Source: Candidatus Latescibacterota bacterium (lineage in GTDB: Bacteria > Krumholzibacteriota > Krumholzibacteriia > WVZY01). From it: 64,000 nt of DNA. Location: NCBI GenBank assembly GCA_963791045.1, contig CAWBQK010000001.1, positions 64,001 through 128,000 on the forward strand, written 5' to 3'. Position numbers and translations under genes: made by a program. Shown one piece after another: positions 41,374-51,132 of the stretch (within the stretch, counting starts at the first letter, position 1; each line of letters opens with the position of its first letter). The notes under the pieces are model-generated. The model was not told the DNA's origin and made no database searches. It was given only the letters and a program-made list of their open reading frames with translations.

Positions 41374-41403
41374 ATTCTAGCACCCGCGAGGCCGTGTTGT
41401 CAA
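41374..41403 (-). promoter_or_regulatory. Putative sigma70 promoter of the EF-G paralog/yebC-ruv operon
   Basis: TTGACA, 18 nt, TAGAAT preceded by TG. Confidence 0.65.
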
Positions 41404-41506
41404 CGGCGGTGAACTTGTGCGGATAGGCGGCCCAAATCCGGGTAGTGGCGTTGAAATCACACAGGGGCGCTCCCAACCATCCGGACGTTCAAGGAGCGCC
41501 GGGCGG

Positions 41507-42658
41507 CTATGGGTTCATGAGGTCCCTGACACGCCGCCAGAACGATGACGCGATGACATCCCAGTCGTTGCCTTCGGCGATTTGCCGGGCCTCCCCTGCG
41601 AGGGCGGCCGCCCGATCGGGGTCGGACTGGCGGGCGAGAAACTGTTCGCAGGCGTTCACGAATTCCTCCCCGGGCTCCACTGCTTTCACCAGATCCGGGT
41701 ATTTCTCAACTTCGGTCGAAAAGCGGGTAGCCACTACGGGAAGGCCGCAGGCGAGGTATTCGTACATCTTGTTGGGGTTGACCCCCCGTGTCAGCTCATT
41801 GTACTTGAACGGAATCAGCCCCATGCGGAACTGCCGGAGGATACCGGGCAGGCGATCATACGAGACCGCGGGGAGATGAAATACGTTGGGATGCGAGGTT
41901 AGCTCCATCACCTGGGCTTCAACGCCCAGCAGAATCGGTCCTACAAGAACGATTTCCCAATCCGGCCGGCGTTCGGCCAGGTCGGCAAGGGCATCAAAAT
42001 CGAGCCACGGCGCCAACGCGCCGATGTAACCGATCTTGGGTTTGTCGGTTTCCACTGCGGAAGCGGCCGCCTCGTCTTTTTTCTGGAAATGCTCGTAATC
42101 CACTCCGTTGCCGAGGTATTCGCACCCGTCGCCGCCTCCCCGCACTTCGACTATCTTCTCAAGTAGCGCGTCCGCCGAGGCGAAAACAGCGTCGGCATCC
42201 CGAGATGTTTTGAAAAAATAACCCTTGGTCCACGAGCGCATCCCGGGGAACGAAGAGTGATCGTCGTTGCAGTCGTAGAGGAGAAAGCGCCTCGGCAACC
42301 GCGACACGATATTCGCCGCGTAGATGTTCGAGATGACGAAACCGGTGTCGGAGGAGTCAAACCCGAGCTGTTTGAATATCCCCTGGATCCTGCGCCGGGC
42401 GACCTGGTCGACGACCCAACGGGCCGACTGCCTGTCGAGAACCGTCCGCCAGGGGAAAAAAGGGGCGGATTTGAGAAAGGGAATGGTTGCGCACGAAATA
42501 TCGCCTTCCGTCCGCAGGCGGTAGCTGTTGCGGCCCGCCCGGACGTAAGGCTCGAGGAAGAGAAGCTCGACGTCAGCCGGTTTTCGGCTGATGATTTGCT
42601 GCTTTCTCGTCTTGAGATAATTCCATTTGATTTCGGAGAACCAGACGACCTTCATCAT
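41507..42658 (-). CDS. GT-B glycosyltransferase
   Basis: YDCNDDH, NGVDYEHF, IGYIGAL, PNKMYEYLACGLPVV; AGAGG RBS before MMKVVWF. Confidence 0.85.
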   Translation of the reverse strand: MMKVVWFSEIKWNYLKTRKQQIISRKPADVELLFLEPYVRAGRNSYRLRTEGDISCATIPFLKSAPFFPWRTVLDRQSARWVVDQVARRRIQGIFKQLGFDSSDTGFVISNIYAANIVSRLPRRFLLYDCNDDHSSFPGMRSWTKGYFFKTSRDADAVFASADALLEKIVEVRGGGDGCEYLGNGVDYEHFQKKDEAAASAVETDKPKIGYIGALAPWLDFDALADLAERRPDWEIVLVGPILLGVEAQVMELTSHPNVFHLPAVSYDRLPGILRQFRMGLIPFKYNELTRGVNPNKMYEYLACGLPVVATRFSTEVEKYPDLVKAVEPGEEFVNACEQFLARQSDPDRAAALAGEARQIAEGNDWDVIASSFWRRVRDLMNP

Positions 42659-42799
42659 ACCTCTTTTCGTACTCAGAGGTAATTTAGCACGGCGACCCAA
42701 CCCGCCCAAGTGTTTTGTAGAAAGCCACCCGCCACTGCGGTATAGTCGGGTCAATAGCAGGCGCGGGTCCTGACCGACGGGCCGTAGAAAACAAGACTT

Positions 42800-43879
42800 A
42801 TGATCAAGATTGCATACATCATAGACAGCCTCGGGTTCGGCGGAGCGGAGAGACAGTTGAGCCTGCTCGTCAGGGCTCTTCCCGATCCGTTCTCCGCGGT
42901 CGTCATCTCGCTCTCCGACGACATCCACCCCTTCGGCGACGAGCTTCGCGCGGACGGCATCGATGTCGTCACGCTTCCAAGACACTCCGGTATCGATGTC
43001 GTGAGGTTGAGCGGGGCTATCGGTGCGCTGCGGGAACACCGCGTGGACCTCGTCCATGGCTTTCTCGATGCGGCGAACGCATACGCCTTTGCCGCGGGCC
43101 GTTTTCTACGAAAACCGGTCGTCCTCTCGCTTAGAAACGAACTCCTCCGTGTCCGGGGGGCAAGAGCCGGTGTGCTGACATGGATGCTCCGGCATGCCGA
43201 GCAGGTGCTCGTCAATTCAAGGGCCGGCGCCGACCATCTTCAAAACGATATCGGAGTCGACTCACAAAAAGTCCTTCACATTCCCAACTGGATCGACCCA
43301 GGAAGAATCGGCCGCGTCCGCGACATACCGCCGGCGGGCACGCCGCCGACCATCGGCTTTGTCGGAAGATTCGCAAAACAAAAACGGCTTGATATCCTTC
43401 TCGATTCCTTCGCGCGGGTTCTCGACACCGTTGGCGATGCACGACTGATACTCATGGGTGGCGGGAGTGAAAAGGACATGGTGACGACGCGAATTCGCGA
43501 TCTTGGAATCGGCGAGAACGTGGAGATCATTGAACCCAATTCCGACATCGACGCCACACTCCGCCGGCTCCACATCTTTGCCATGACATCTGATTTCGAA
43601 GGTTTGCCGAATTCGGCGATGGAAGCGCTGTCGATGGGAATTCCAATTGTGTCGACACCCGTGGGCGACGTCCGCGAACTTGTCGTCGAAGGAGAGACAG
43701 GAGTGTTTCTCGACCCTGTCGATCCCGAATCCGTCTCCGCAACACTCGTCCGCGCGTTGTCCGACAAGAGACTCCTCGAGAGATCTTTAACCGCGGGGCC
43801 GCAACTGGTCGAGAAAAAGTTTTCCCTCGACGGGGCGATCGAGAAACTCACCACCGCATACCGCGAAATTCTCGGTTAA
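42800..43879 (+). CDS. GT4 glycosyltransferase
   Basis: GGAERQ, GRFAKQK, EGLPNSAMEA. Confidence 0.88.
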   Translation: MIKIAYIIDSLGFGGAERQLSLLVRALPDPFSAVVISLSDDIHPFGDELRADGIDVVTLPRHSGIDVVRLSGAIGALREHRVDLVHGFLDAANAYAFAAGRFLRKPVVLSLRNELLRVRGARAGVLTWMLRHAEQVLVNSRAGADHLQNDIGVDSQKVLHIPNWIDPGRIGRVRDIPPAGTPPTIGFVGRFAKQKRLDILLDSFARVLDTVGDARLILMGGGSEKDMVTTRIRDLGIGENVEIIEPNSDIDATLRRLHIFAMTSDFEGLPNSAMEALSMGIPIVSTPVGDVRELVVEGETGVFLDPVDPESVSATLVRALSDKRLLERSLTAGPQLVEKKFSLDGAIEKLTTAYREILG

Positions 43880-43909
43880 CCGACCCACCACCACGGACAA
43901 GCATAGAAA

Positions 43910-43940
43910 CAGGAAAGGGCGCCCGAGGCGCCCTTTCCTG
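43910..43940. terminator. Hairpin terminator between convergent genes
   Basis: 14-bp perfect stem CAGGAAAGGGCGCC / GGCGCCCTTTCCTG. Confidence 0.75.
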
Positions 43941-43988
43941 CTTTGGAGACGAGCAGTTGTCCATCCGCTCTACTTCTGCAACCGGCAA

Positions 43989-45044
43989 CTAGGAGGATTT
44001 TTTCAGCTTCTTCATTTCTTTCCTGAGCTCTTCCATTTCTTTCTGGAGCTCTTTTACCTCTTCCCTCATCTCGTCCATATCGTCATCCGAGAACTTAAAC
44101 TTATCGATATGCGGGATGCGGATGTCGGCGTGCTTGCCGTGGCCCCTGAGGTAGATTTCCCTCATGCCCTCGTCGAGCTCGCCCTCGAGCTTGACTTGTT
44201 TGTTTCTTCTCAGGACGGTCACACCAAATTTTTCACCGGGTTCGAGATCGCCGACCGACTCGAGGAGGCTCTCAACCGAGCCGACCTTGTCGTCTTCCAC
44301 CTCGACGATGACGTCGCCCGATTTCATTCCCATCTCACCGGCAACGGATTCGTCACCCACTTCGAGAACAAGCACTCCCCCACCCTCTTCAACATCGAAG
44401 TAAGGGCCGAGATCCTCGTTGAGGTCCATCACACGGACGCCAAGCCGTCCGCGGTTGAATCCGTCGAATGCGGACACCATCCAGTTCTTGCCCTTGTCGA
44501 ACCAAACCTGGTGTTCCGGGGCGTGGATTTCTATTCTGCGCGCCGCGTGCTGTTCTGGCCACTCCGCGAGTGTCACGTCGATAGTTTTGATTTTGTCATC
44601 ACGAACGATCTTGACCTTGACGGTATCGCCGATTTTCTGGTTCGCGACATAACGTTTCAATTCGTCGGGTGAGGCGACTTTCTTGCCGTTGAATTCGACG
44701 ATCACATCGCCGTCCTCAATCCCAGCAAGCTCGGCGGGGCTGTCCTCGAAAACCGAGTTGATGAGCACACCGCTCTTGATTTTGAGATCGAGTCCCTCAC
44801 GGAGATCGGAATCGAGCTCCTGCATGGTGACCCCCAGATACGCGGTATCCGCTTTATCGTCCGAATCAACGACATAGGCCTTCGACACCGTTTTGGTCTG
44901 CTTTCCCGCGTCGGCGGCGCCGACTGTTAGAAAGGCAAAGAGAATCAGTCCCAACCCCACAATCGCCGCAACCCGCCACCCGGGAACCGTTTTCGCACGT
45001 GCTATAGCATAATTTCTCATGGCGTTCGGGCCTCTCGGACCCAT
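43989..45044 (-). CDS. Exported protein with two PDZ domains and a coiled-coil tail (no protease domain seen; start may be 45020)
   Basis: YLGV..SPAELAGIEDGDVI and RLGV..GMKSGDVI. Confidence 0.8.
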   Translation of the reverse strand: MGPRGPNAMRNYAIARAKTVPGWRVAAIVGLGLILFAFLTVGAADAGKQTKTVSKAYVVDSDDKADTAYLGVTMQELDSDLREGLDLKIKSGVLINSVFEDSPAELAGIEDGDVIVEFNGKKVASPDELKRYVANQKIGDTVKVKIVRDDKIKTIDVTLAEWPEQHAARRIEIHAPEHQVWFDKGKNWMVSAFDGFNRGRLGVRVMDLNEDLGPYFDVEEGGGVLVLEVGDESVAGEMGMKSGDVIVEVEDDKVGSVESLLESVGDLEPGEKFGVTVLRRNKQVKLEGELDEGMREIYLRGHGKHADIRIPHIDKFKFSDDDMDEMREEVKELQKEMEELRKEMKKLKKSS

Positions 45045-45126
45045 CCCTCCTTATCAGGCTGGCAAACTCCTGCAACTGGCTGTCGTCTAGTTTTACGCCG
45101 GGTGTACGGGTAAGTTTCCGATTATT

Positions 45127-46515
45127 TTATGCGGATGGGTCGGGGCGCGTAAACCGGGGGTCGGTGGCCAGCCTGCCGACGATAATCCCGCAGACCACGG
45201 GGAGCCAGAAAAGCCGGTAAAACTGGATCATCTGGAAGAAAGCCCCGATGAGGACGGCGACGAGCGAGAGGAGCAGGTAAAACGAGAGATCGTTCATCCA
45301 GCGGTTCTCGGGCGACCAGCGGGCACGGATTCCCCTGAGAAATCCCCGAAACCCCGCCGCGGGCATCGTCAGGTAGGCGATAAAACCGAACACCCCGACA
45401 CCGGTGACGATTTCGAGATAGGTGTTGTGCGCCCCCATCCGGACGATCAGTTCGTTGGCCGACCGGACAATGAAGTTGTTCAGCCCCACACCGGTGAACG
45501 GATGATCGAGGAACATGTGCCACCCCACCTGGAGCGCCTTGAAACGCATTGCGAGCGACCAGTCTATTTCGACCGCGGAGAAGACCTTGCTGATGGTCGA
45601 GATACGGTACCAGTAGTACTGAGGAGTCAGGAGGGCTCCGATGAACACCACGGCGAGGACCACCGTATAAACCCACCGGCTCCTCGCTTCCTTGAATAGC
45701 GTCGCGAGCAGCACCACGGCGAGGGGGAAAACAGCCTGCCTCGAAAACGTCATGATCGTCGCGACGACCATGCTGATCGCCGCCGCGACCAGCAGCAGCT
45801 TGAACGTCACGGGTTTGACTTTTTTGATCACGTAGATCGCCAGCGGCAGACCGGCGATCAGGTAGAGAGCCGCGTTGTTGGGGTTGATGTGGGTCGAACC
45901 GAACCGGAGCCAATTGAGGGCCGAGACGAGCACGGTCCAGTCCTCAACGATTCCGAGCTTCACATTGACCACACCGAGAATCACCGTGGAGAACGTGCCG
46001 GCAAACACGATGATGGCGAGGGTCTCGAGATCCTTGGGTTTTCGAATCAGCTGGGCGGTGAGAAACACCAGAAGCATAGACTTAACATAAAAATTGAGTC
46101 CGGACAGCGCGTGACTCATATCGTACGCGAACAGAAACGACTGAAAGACAAACACCGTAAAGATCGCCATCGCCCAGTTGAACATCGGATCTCTCAACTG
46201 AATCGAATCGCCCTGGAACAGACGCAGAAACACCGCCGCGGCGATCAAAAACATGATCGGCGCCGGCACCGGGACACTCGTATAGTACGAAAGACCGGCG
46301 AACACAAAGTAGACGCCGAAATACAACCCGTGTTTTGGATAGGAAAAAATAAGAAGCGCGCCGACAAGCCCCACAACGCCGATCATCCCGAGCTTAATCA
46401 GACCCATTGGCACGACAAGCCATACGCCAAACCCGAGCAAGAACACGCCCGCGGTGACGAACGTGAGATAAAGAAAATCTCTTTGAGAAATCCCGGGATC
46501 GCGCACGACATTCAT
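45127..46515 (-). CDS. O-antigen ligase/polymerase (Wzy_C) family
   Basis: NPN, TFSR, PFTGVGLNNF, AHNTYLE; many TM segments. Confidence 0.85.
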   Translation of the reverse strand: MNVVRDPGISQRDFLYLTFVTAGVFLLGFGVWLVVPMGLIKLGMIGVVGLVGALLIFSYPKHGLYFGVYFVFAGLSYYTSVPVPAPIMFLIAAAVFLRLFQGDSIQLRDPMFNWAMAIFTVFVFQSFLFAYDMSHALSGLNFYVKSMLLVFLTAQLIRKPKDLETLAIIVFAGTFSTVILGVVNVKLGIVEDWTVLVSALNWLRFGSTHINPNNAALYLIAGLPLAIYVIKKVKPVTFKLLLVAAAISMVVATIMTFSRQAVFPLAVVLLATLFKEARSRWVYTVVLAVVFIGALLTPQYYWYRISTISKVFSAVEIDWSLAMRFKALQVGWHMFLDHPFTGVGLNNFIVRSANELIVRMGAHNTYLEIVTGVGVFGFIAYLTMPAAGFRGFLRGIRARWSPENRWMNDLSFYLLLSLVAVLIGAFFQMIQFYRLFWLPVVCGIIVGRLATDPRFTRPDPSA

Positions 46516-46517
46516 TG

Positions 46518-47708
46518 TCAGGATTTCTTTCCGAACGGAAAGACCTTTTTAAAATCCGAAGCGATGGGCCCGAGCAACTCCGCTATCTTGCTCGAGCGTG
46601 TCCGGTCTTCGCGCCAGAGCGCGAGGAACACAACGAGAAGCGTGCTCCATCCCAACCCGACGATTCCGCCAAAAATGACGAGAATCTTGCGCTTGGGCCG
46701 GCTTCTGAGTTCGGGGACGGCAGCATGATCGAGGACCTGGACCACCCTTGTATCCCTGGCCTCTTCGATTCGCGCCTTCTCGTACTCTTCCACGAGCAGC
46801 CGGTAAACGAATTCTTCGGTTTTGACACGGCGCATGAGCCTCGCCATTTCGAGGCCCAGTTCCGGAATCGAATCGAACGTGGGAAAGTACGATCGCACGA
46901 AGTCGGTCTCGGCGCGTGATGAGTCCGCTTTGAACATTTTTAGCTGGCGCAGAACTTCGTCGTATTCCTTCTTCTTGCGGACGTATTCCTGGGATGACGT
47001 CGATGTGTACTGGCTTAGAATCTCGAGTTCCATTTCCGCCGCAACAGCTTCGGCGGTCAGGCTCGCCACGATGTCGATCGCCGCGGTGACCTGCTCGTCG
47101 AGCTTGAGCGCCTGGTTTTCCTGCTGGAATTGTTTTAATTCCTCTTCAGCGGCCGCAAGTTCCACGGCATGAATCTCGAGTTGCCTGCCCACAAATTCTT
47201 TTGTCGACGCCGCCCTCGTCACGTTGATGTCACGTGTGAAATCCTCGAGGAGCTCAACATAACGATTGGCCATTGCCGCCGCCCGTTCGGGGTCGCGGTC
47301 TTCAACACCCAGTTTCAACAAACCGTTTTCGAGCAGCGAGAAAAACGTATGAGATTGGAGCGCGCCGATCGCGTCGACGTTGAGTTCGGTGTCATAGAGA
47401 CGCTTGAGGTCAAATTCTTCGATGATCTTGTTGCTCACCTGTTCACTGAGCAATATGTCGATGTATATGGTATTGGGCCGCGCACCGACCGCGCTCGGCG
47501 TCGGGAGCGGTATCTGCAGGCTCTGCTGCAAAAGCTGGGCATAACCCGACATCATTCCGCCACCGGCATCCGGGGGAAATATCGATGTCGTGGCCGTGTA
47601 CCACGAAGGGAGAAAGAAGCTGACAGCTATCGCCAGGACGGCGGTTATAACTCCAGACGCCAGGATAAATTTCCGCGAGTGGATTATCGTCTTGAGGATA
47701 AACAACAT
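46518..47708 (-). CDS. Wzz/GumC-like polysaccharide chain-length determinant
   Basis: Two terminal TMs, YTATTSI, DPERAAAMAN, coiled coil, VLDHAAVPE..SRPKR. Confidence 0.85.
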   Translation of the reverse strand: MLFILKTIIHSRKFILASGVITAVLAIAVSFFLPSWYTATTSIFPPDAGGGMMSGYAQLLQQSLQIPLPTPSAVGARPNTIYIDILLSEQVSNKIIEEFDLKRLYDTELNVDAIGALQSHTFFSLLENGLLKLGVEDRDPERAAAMANRYVELLEDFTRDINVTRAASTKEFVGRQLEIHAVELAAAEEELKQFQQENQALKLDEQVTAAIDIVASLTAEAVAAEMELEILSQYTSTSSQEYVRKKKEYDEVLRQLKMFKADSSRAETDFVRSYFPTFDSIPELGLEMARLMRRVKTEEFVYRLLVEEYEKARIEEARDTRVVQVLDHAAVPELRSRPKRKILVIFGGIVGLGWSTLLVVFLALWREDRTRSSKIAELLGPIASDFKKVFPFGKKS

Positions 47709-47727
47709 CTCTTAACTCTTTACTCTG

Positions 47728-49020
47728 TTAGTTTTTGGCGACCTTTTCAATCAATTCCACGGGATCAAGTTCTTCAGGCTGCGGCGATCTGTTTTCTTTC
47801 GCGACCAGAGGCTCTATCGAGGTCACCACGTTGTTCCCCGAAGACCCCACCGGCGCGAATCGTGCGCTTTCCGCTTTCTCCCAGACCGTCTGCCGCGCGC
47901 CTGTGAAGAATTTGGCCATCGCAACCACTGCAGCCAGATTTACCATAGTGAAATAGAAAGGCAAATAGAAAAGAGGATGCGGCTTGCGTGTCTTCCTCAT
48001 CCGCCACCCGTTCAACGCCGCCAGGTAGATGAAAAGCTGTCCGGTGAACGCCACCGTGTAGAACGCAGAATCCCGCATCAGTATGACATTCGCGAGAAAC
48101 GTCAGAAACAGCATGGGCCCGATCGCCCATCTCATGAGCTTGTGCGAGAAGAATTGGAATCTTCGGAAGCCGCGAATTTTGCTTCGAAGTATCGAGTATC
48201 CCGTCAGTCCGCGAACGATGATCCGGACCTTGCGCTGAAACTCCTCCTGCCAGAAGATCGTCGAACTTTCGAACGCCATCGCTTCCGGTTCGTAGACGAC
48301 GCCGTAACCCTGCGACCCGATCTCCATGGGAATTTGAAAATCATTGGCAACTTCGGCAAAAAGCTTGGGAAAAAGATCGCGGCGGATGGCGAAGATCGAA
48401 CCGTTGGCGACAAGGACGCTCCCGAGCGAACTCTCGAGCATACTGAGCATTCCCTCGTACCGCCAGTAGAGCCCTTCTCCCCTGGCCACCGACGTCGTGC
48501 GACGGTCGACATACCTGAGCTTGCCCACCACGCAGCCTATCTTCGGGTCATTAAAACGCCGGGCGAGTTTTTTGAGGGCATCATCGGCGAACATCGCGTT
48601 GGCATCGGTGAAAACCACGATGTCCTCGTCAAGCGTCTTGACGACGTGATTTAGGACGTCGCTCTTACCCGATCTCGACGATCGGTGAAAAAGTTTGACG
48701 CCAAGATCTTCATAATCCTCGGCAATCGCCACCGTCCGGTCGTCCGAACCGTCAGAGGCGACAAGAATCGTCAGTTTGTCTTTTGGATAATCGAGACTGA
48801 GGCTGTTTTCGATTTTCTTGCGAATTATTTTTTCTTCATTGAATGCGGATATAAGAAGACACACCGATGGACAGTAGTTGTCATCGATTGCGTGGCGCCC
48901 GCGCCTGCTCAGCTTGGAGATGATAAAGAGGACGATGGGATAGCCGACGTATGAGAAAAGCACGACGGCCAGGCTAGACCAAAATACGAACTGCCACATC
49001 AACATACTCCCGGTCAACAC
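47728..49020 (-). CDS. GT2 glycosyltransferase (membrane-anchored)
   Basis: AFNEE, SDGSDD, FTDAN, YWRYE, ANGSIFAIR, RKVRI. Confidence 0.88.
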   Translation of the reverse strand: MLTGSMLMWQFVFWSSLAVVLFSYVGYPIVLFIISKLSRRGRHAIDDNYCPSVCLLISAFNEEKIIRKKIENSLSLDYPKDKLTILVASDGSDDRTVAIAEDYEDLGVKLFHRSSRSGKSDVLNHVVKTLDEDIVVFTDANAMFADDALKKLARRFNDPKIGCVVGKLRYVDRRTTSVARGEGLYWRYEGMLSMLESSLGSVLVANGSIFAIRRDLFPKLFAEVANDFQIPMEIGSQGYGVVYEPEAMAFESSTIFWQEEFQRKVRIIVRGLTGYSILRSKIRGFRRFQFFSHKLMRWAIGPMLFLTFLANVILMRDSAFYTVAFTGQLFIYLAALNGWRMRKTRKPHPLFYLPFYFTMVNLAAVVAMAKFFTGARQTVWEKAESARFAPVGSSGNNVVTSIEPLVAKENRSPQPEELDPVELIEKVAKN

Positions 49021-49265
49021 CGGTTGACCCTTGAGGTTGAATCACGTTAAAACGCGCCAATATGCACCGCACAACCTGTCTAACGTTCTCTAGCAGTTCG
49101 GTTCAGGCGTTCCGAAGATCCTAGCCCCACGGAGCCGGATTCTTCGAACGGTACCTCCTTGGCCTCTGAGTATGTTTCTACGCGAGTGGTTCTGCGCGGG
49201 CACTTTCTCTGGAGCGCTTCCGCGCGAGCCCGTAATTCACGGGCACTTATAGAAGATAACCGCGT

Positions 49266-51128
49266 TTACCAAAGATTTTCCAGTAAAATCCTGGATAATC
49301 CGTCTTTTTGAAAACCTACCCAAAGATGACCCTTGTTGTCCACAAGAATGGAGGTCACGTCCTTGCCCCGAAGACCGTCCCGAGGTCCGATCCATCTGGA
49401 CTCGCCGTCAGACAACAGCACAAGCCCTTGTGATGTGCCAAGATACGACTTTCCAAGCTCTCGGTCGAAACGGATTGTGCGATAGCTTCCAACTTGCTTA
49501 ATATCGGGGGTCTGGAGGACTCCCCAGCCGGTCTTGTCATCAAAAACCTTTATGCTGTCGGCAGTTACGACGACAACGCCGCCAGACGAATCCAATGTCC
49601 AATCGACGATTTCTGCCGAATCCTCGGCCGTGTCAAAGAGCGAGATATCAAACCGCTCCCAGTTCGACCCGTCGAATTTGAACACTCCCGTCGATGTCGA
49701 GACGGCCCAGGGCCGTCTAACTCCATCGACAATCAGCCCGTCTATCGGCCGATCCGTCAGTTCGCCCTTGTCGGCAAAGCGGATCCAGGTCTGACCATCG
49801 TACCGGTAAATCTCTCCAGCGTGCGTACCAACCCAGAGATTACCGGTCGAATCAAAGGCCATTGAAACAAAGAGCGGCGATCTGGGATCGATATCGGGTT
49901 TGATTTCGGTCCAGACATCCTGATCTTTGCGCCAGAGCCCCCACCGGCTGTTTGCCCACACAACCCCACCCGGTGACATCTGGATAGCAAAAAGTGAACC
50001 GAAGTCTTTTTCGATGGATATCGCAGACGCATCTTCATGTAATGAAATCAGTTGCGGGCCATTTGCCGCATAAATTCGCCCCCCAGAATCCCCCACCATA
50101 GACCCAATGTGGCCGCTGGGAAGCATCGAGGGGACAGAAATCTTCCGAATCTTTTCACCCTCAACGACGGCGATCATACCGTCGGCCGTTCCAAAATATG
50201 CGCTGCCGCTCCTCCCGATGTGCGCGGCCCGCCACCGGCCCTTATCGATTTCGGGATCACCCTCGCCGTACCTCGTCCACTCGCCGTCGGAATATTTGGC
50301 GATCCGGCCGTGCCGCCCCGCGGCCCATACGGCGCCGTCCGCCGTCACCGCCATGGCCGCGATGTCGTTCTCCGCAAAGAGACCCGCGCTCGAAAGCCTT
50401 CTCGCCCTGCGCCCATCAAAACGGTAGACGCCACGTCCGGCGACCAGCACATACATGTCGGGGATAAACCCGCCCCCCACCCGCACGCGCTTGTCGACAA
50501 GTATCAGATCGCGGACTTCGCCGCGCGGGAGTCCGGCGCCCGCCTGGAAACTCGTCCACAATGTGTCACGGAACGCGCAGAGTCCGAGTGACGTGGCGTA
50601 AAAGATCGTGTGCGTGTCGACAACGGAGACTGCGAACACTTTGTCGTCGAGAAGGGAGTCGACAGTCGTCAACCAGTGGGTGCGGCGCCCCTTGACTTCG
50701 GCAACACCATGACCGCAGGTCGACACATACATCGTCTCGGTCGGACCAAATTCGACATGGCGGACGTCCGAAAAACTCCCCCGTGGTTGAGCGGTCAGTT
50801 CCCCACCGCCCGACGCGCGGGCGAGCACCAGCCCGTCGTCGGTCCCAATGTACACACCGCCGGATCGACGGCGTAGCATTCGCACTGAGTTGCCGGGAAG
50901 CACTTCGCCGGTAACAATCTTCGCCGAGATCTCGCCGGTCACGGCATCGAGAATGAGAAGGCCCCCGTTGGTGCCGACCCACAACTCATCGCCATATTCG
51001 ACGAGCGCGCGGATATCCGCATTGTTGTCGAGGTACGTCCACTGAGCGGTGGCAATCGTTGGAAGCAGCGACAGAGCGATCCCAATCAACACGAGGGCGG
51101 CGAAGTTATTTGCAGGCGTCTTTGTCAT
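49266..51128 (-). CDS. Exported two-component-regulator-type beta-propeller repeat protein
   Basis: Signal peptide; LWVGT/GL repeats, LP.N.V and D..G.LW motifs. Confidence 0.7.
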   Translation of the reverse strand: MTKTPANNFAALVLIGIALSLLPTIATAQWTYLDNNADIRALVEYGDELWVGTNGGLLILDAVTGEISAKIVTGEVLPGNSVRMLRRRSGGVYIGTDDGLVLARASGGGELTAQPRGSFSDVRHVEFGPTETMYVSTCGHGVAEVKGRRTHWLTTVDSLLDDKVFAVSVVDTHTIFYATSLGLCAFRDTLWTSFQAGAGLPRGEVRDLILVDKRVRVGGGFIPDMYVLVAGRGVYRFDGRRARRLSSAGLFAENDIAAMAVTADGAVWAAGRHGRIAKYSDGEWTRYGEGDPEIDKGRWRAAHIGRSGSAYFGTADGMIAVVEGEKIRKISVPSMLPSGHIGSMVGDSGGRIYAANGPQLISLHEDASAISIEKDFGSLFAIQMSPGGVVWANSRWGLWRKDQDVWTEIKPDIDPRSPLFVSMAFDSTGNLWVGTHAGEIYRYDGQTWIRFADKGELTDRPIDGLIVDGVRRPWAVSTSTGVFKFDGSNWERFDISLFDTAEDSAEIVDWTLDSSGGVVVVTADSIKVFDDKTGWGVLQTPDIKQVGSYRTIRFDRELGKSYLGTSQGLVLLSDGESRWIGPRDGLRGKDVTSILVDNKGHLWVGFQKDGLSRILLENLW

Positions 51129-51132
51129 AAGA

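Noticed and set aside
42659-43057. N-terminal extension of ORF 41507..43057
   Set aside because: It overlaps the divergent GT4 gene; an RBS and homologous start lie at 42658.
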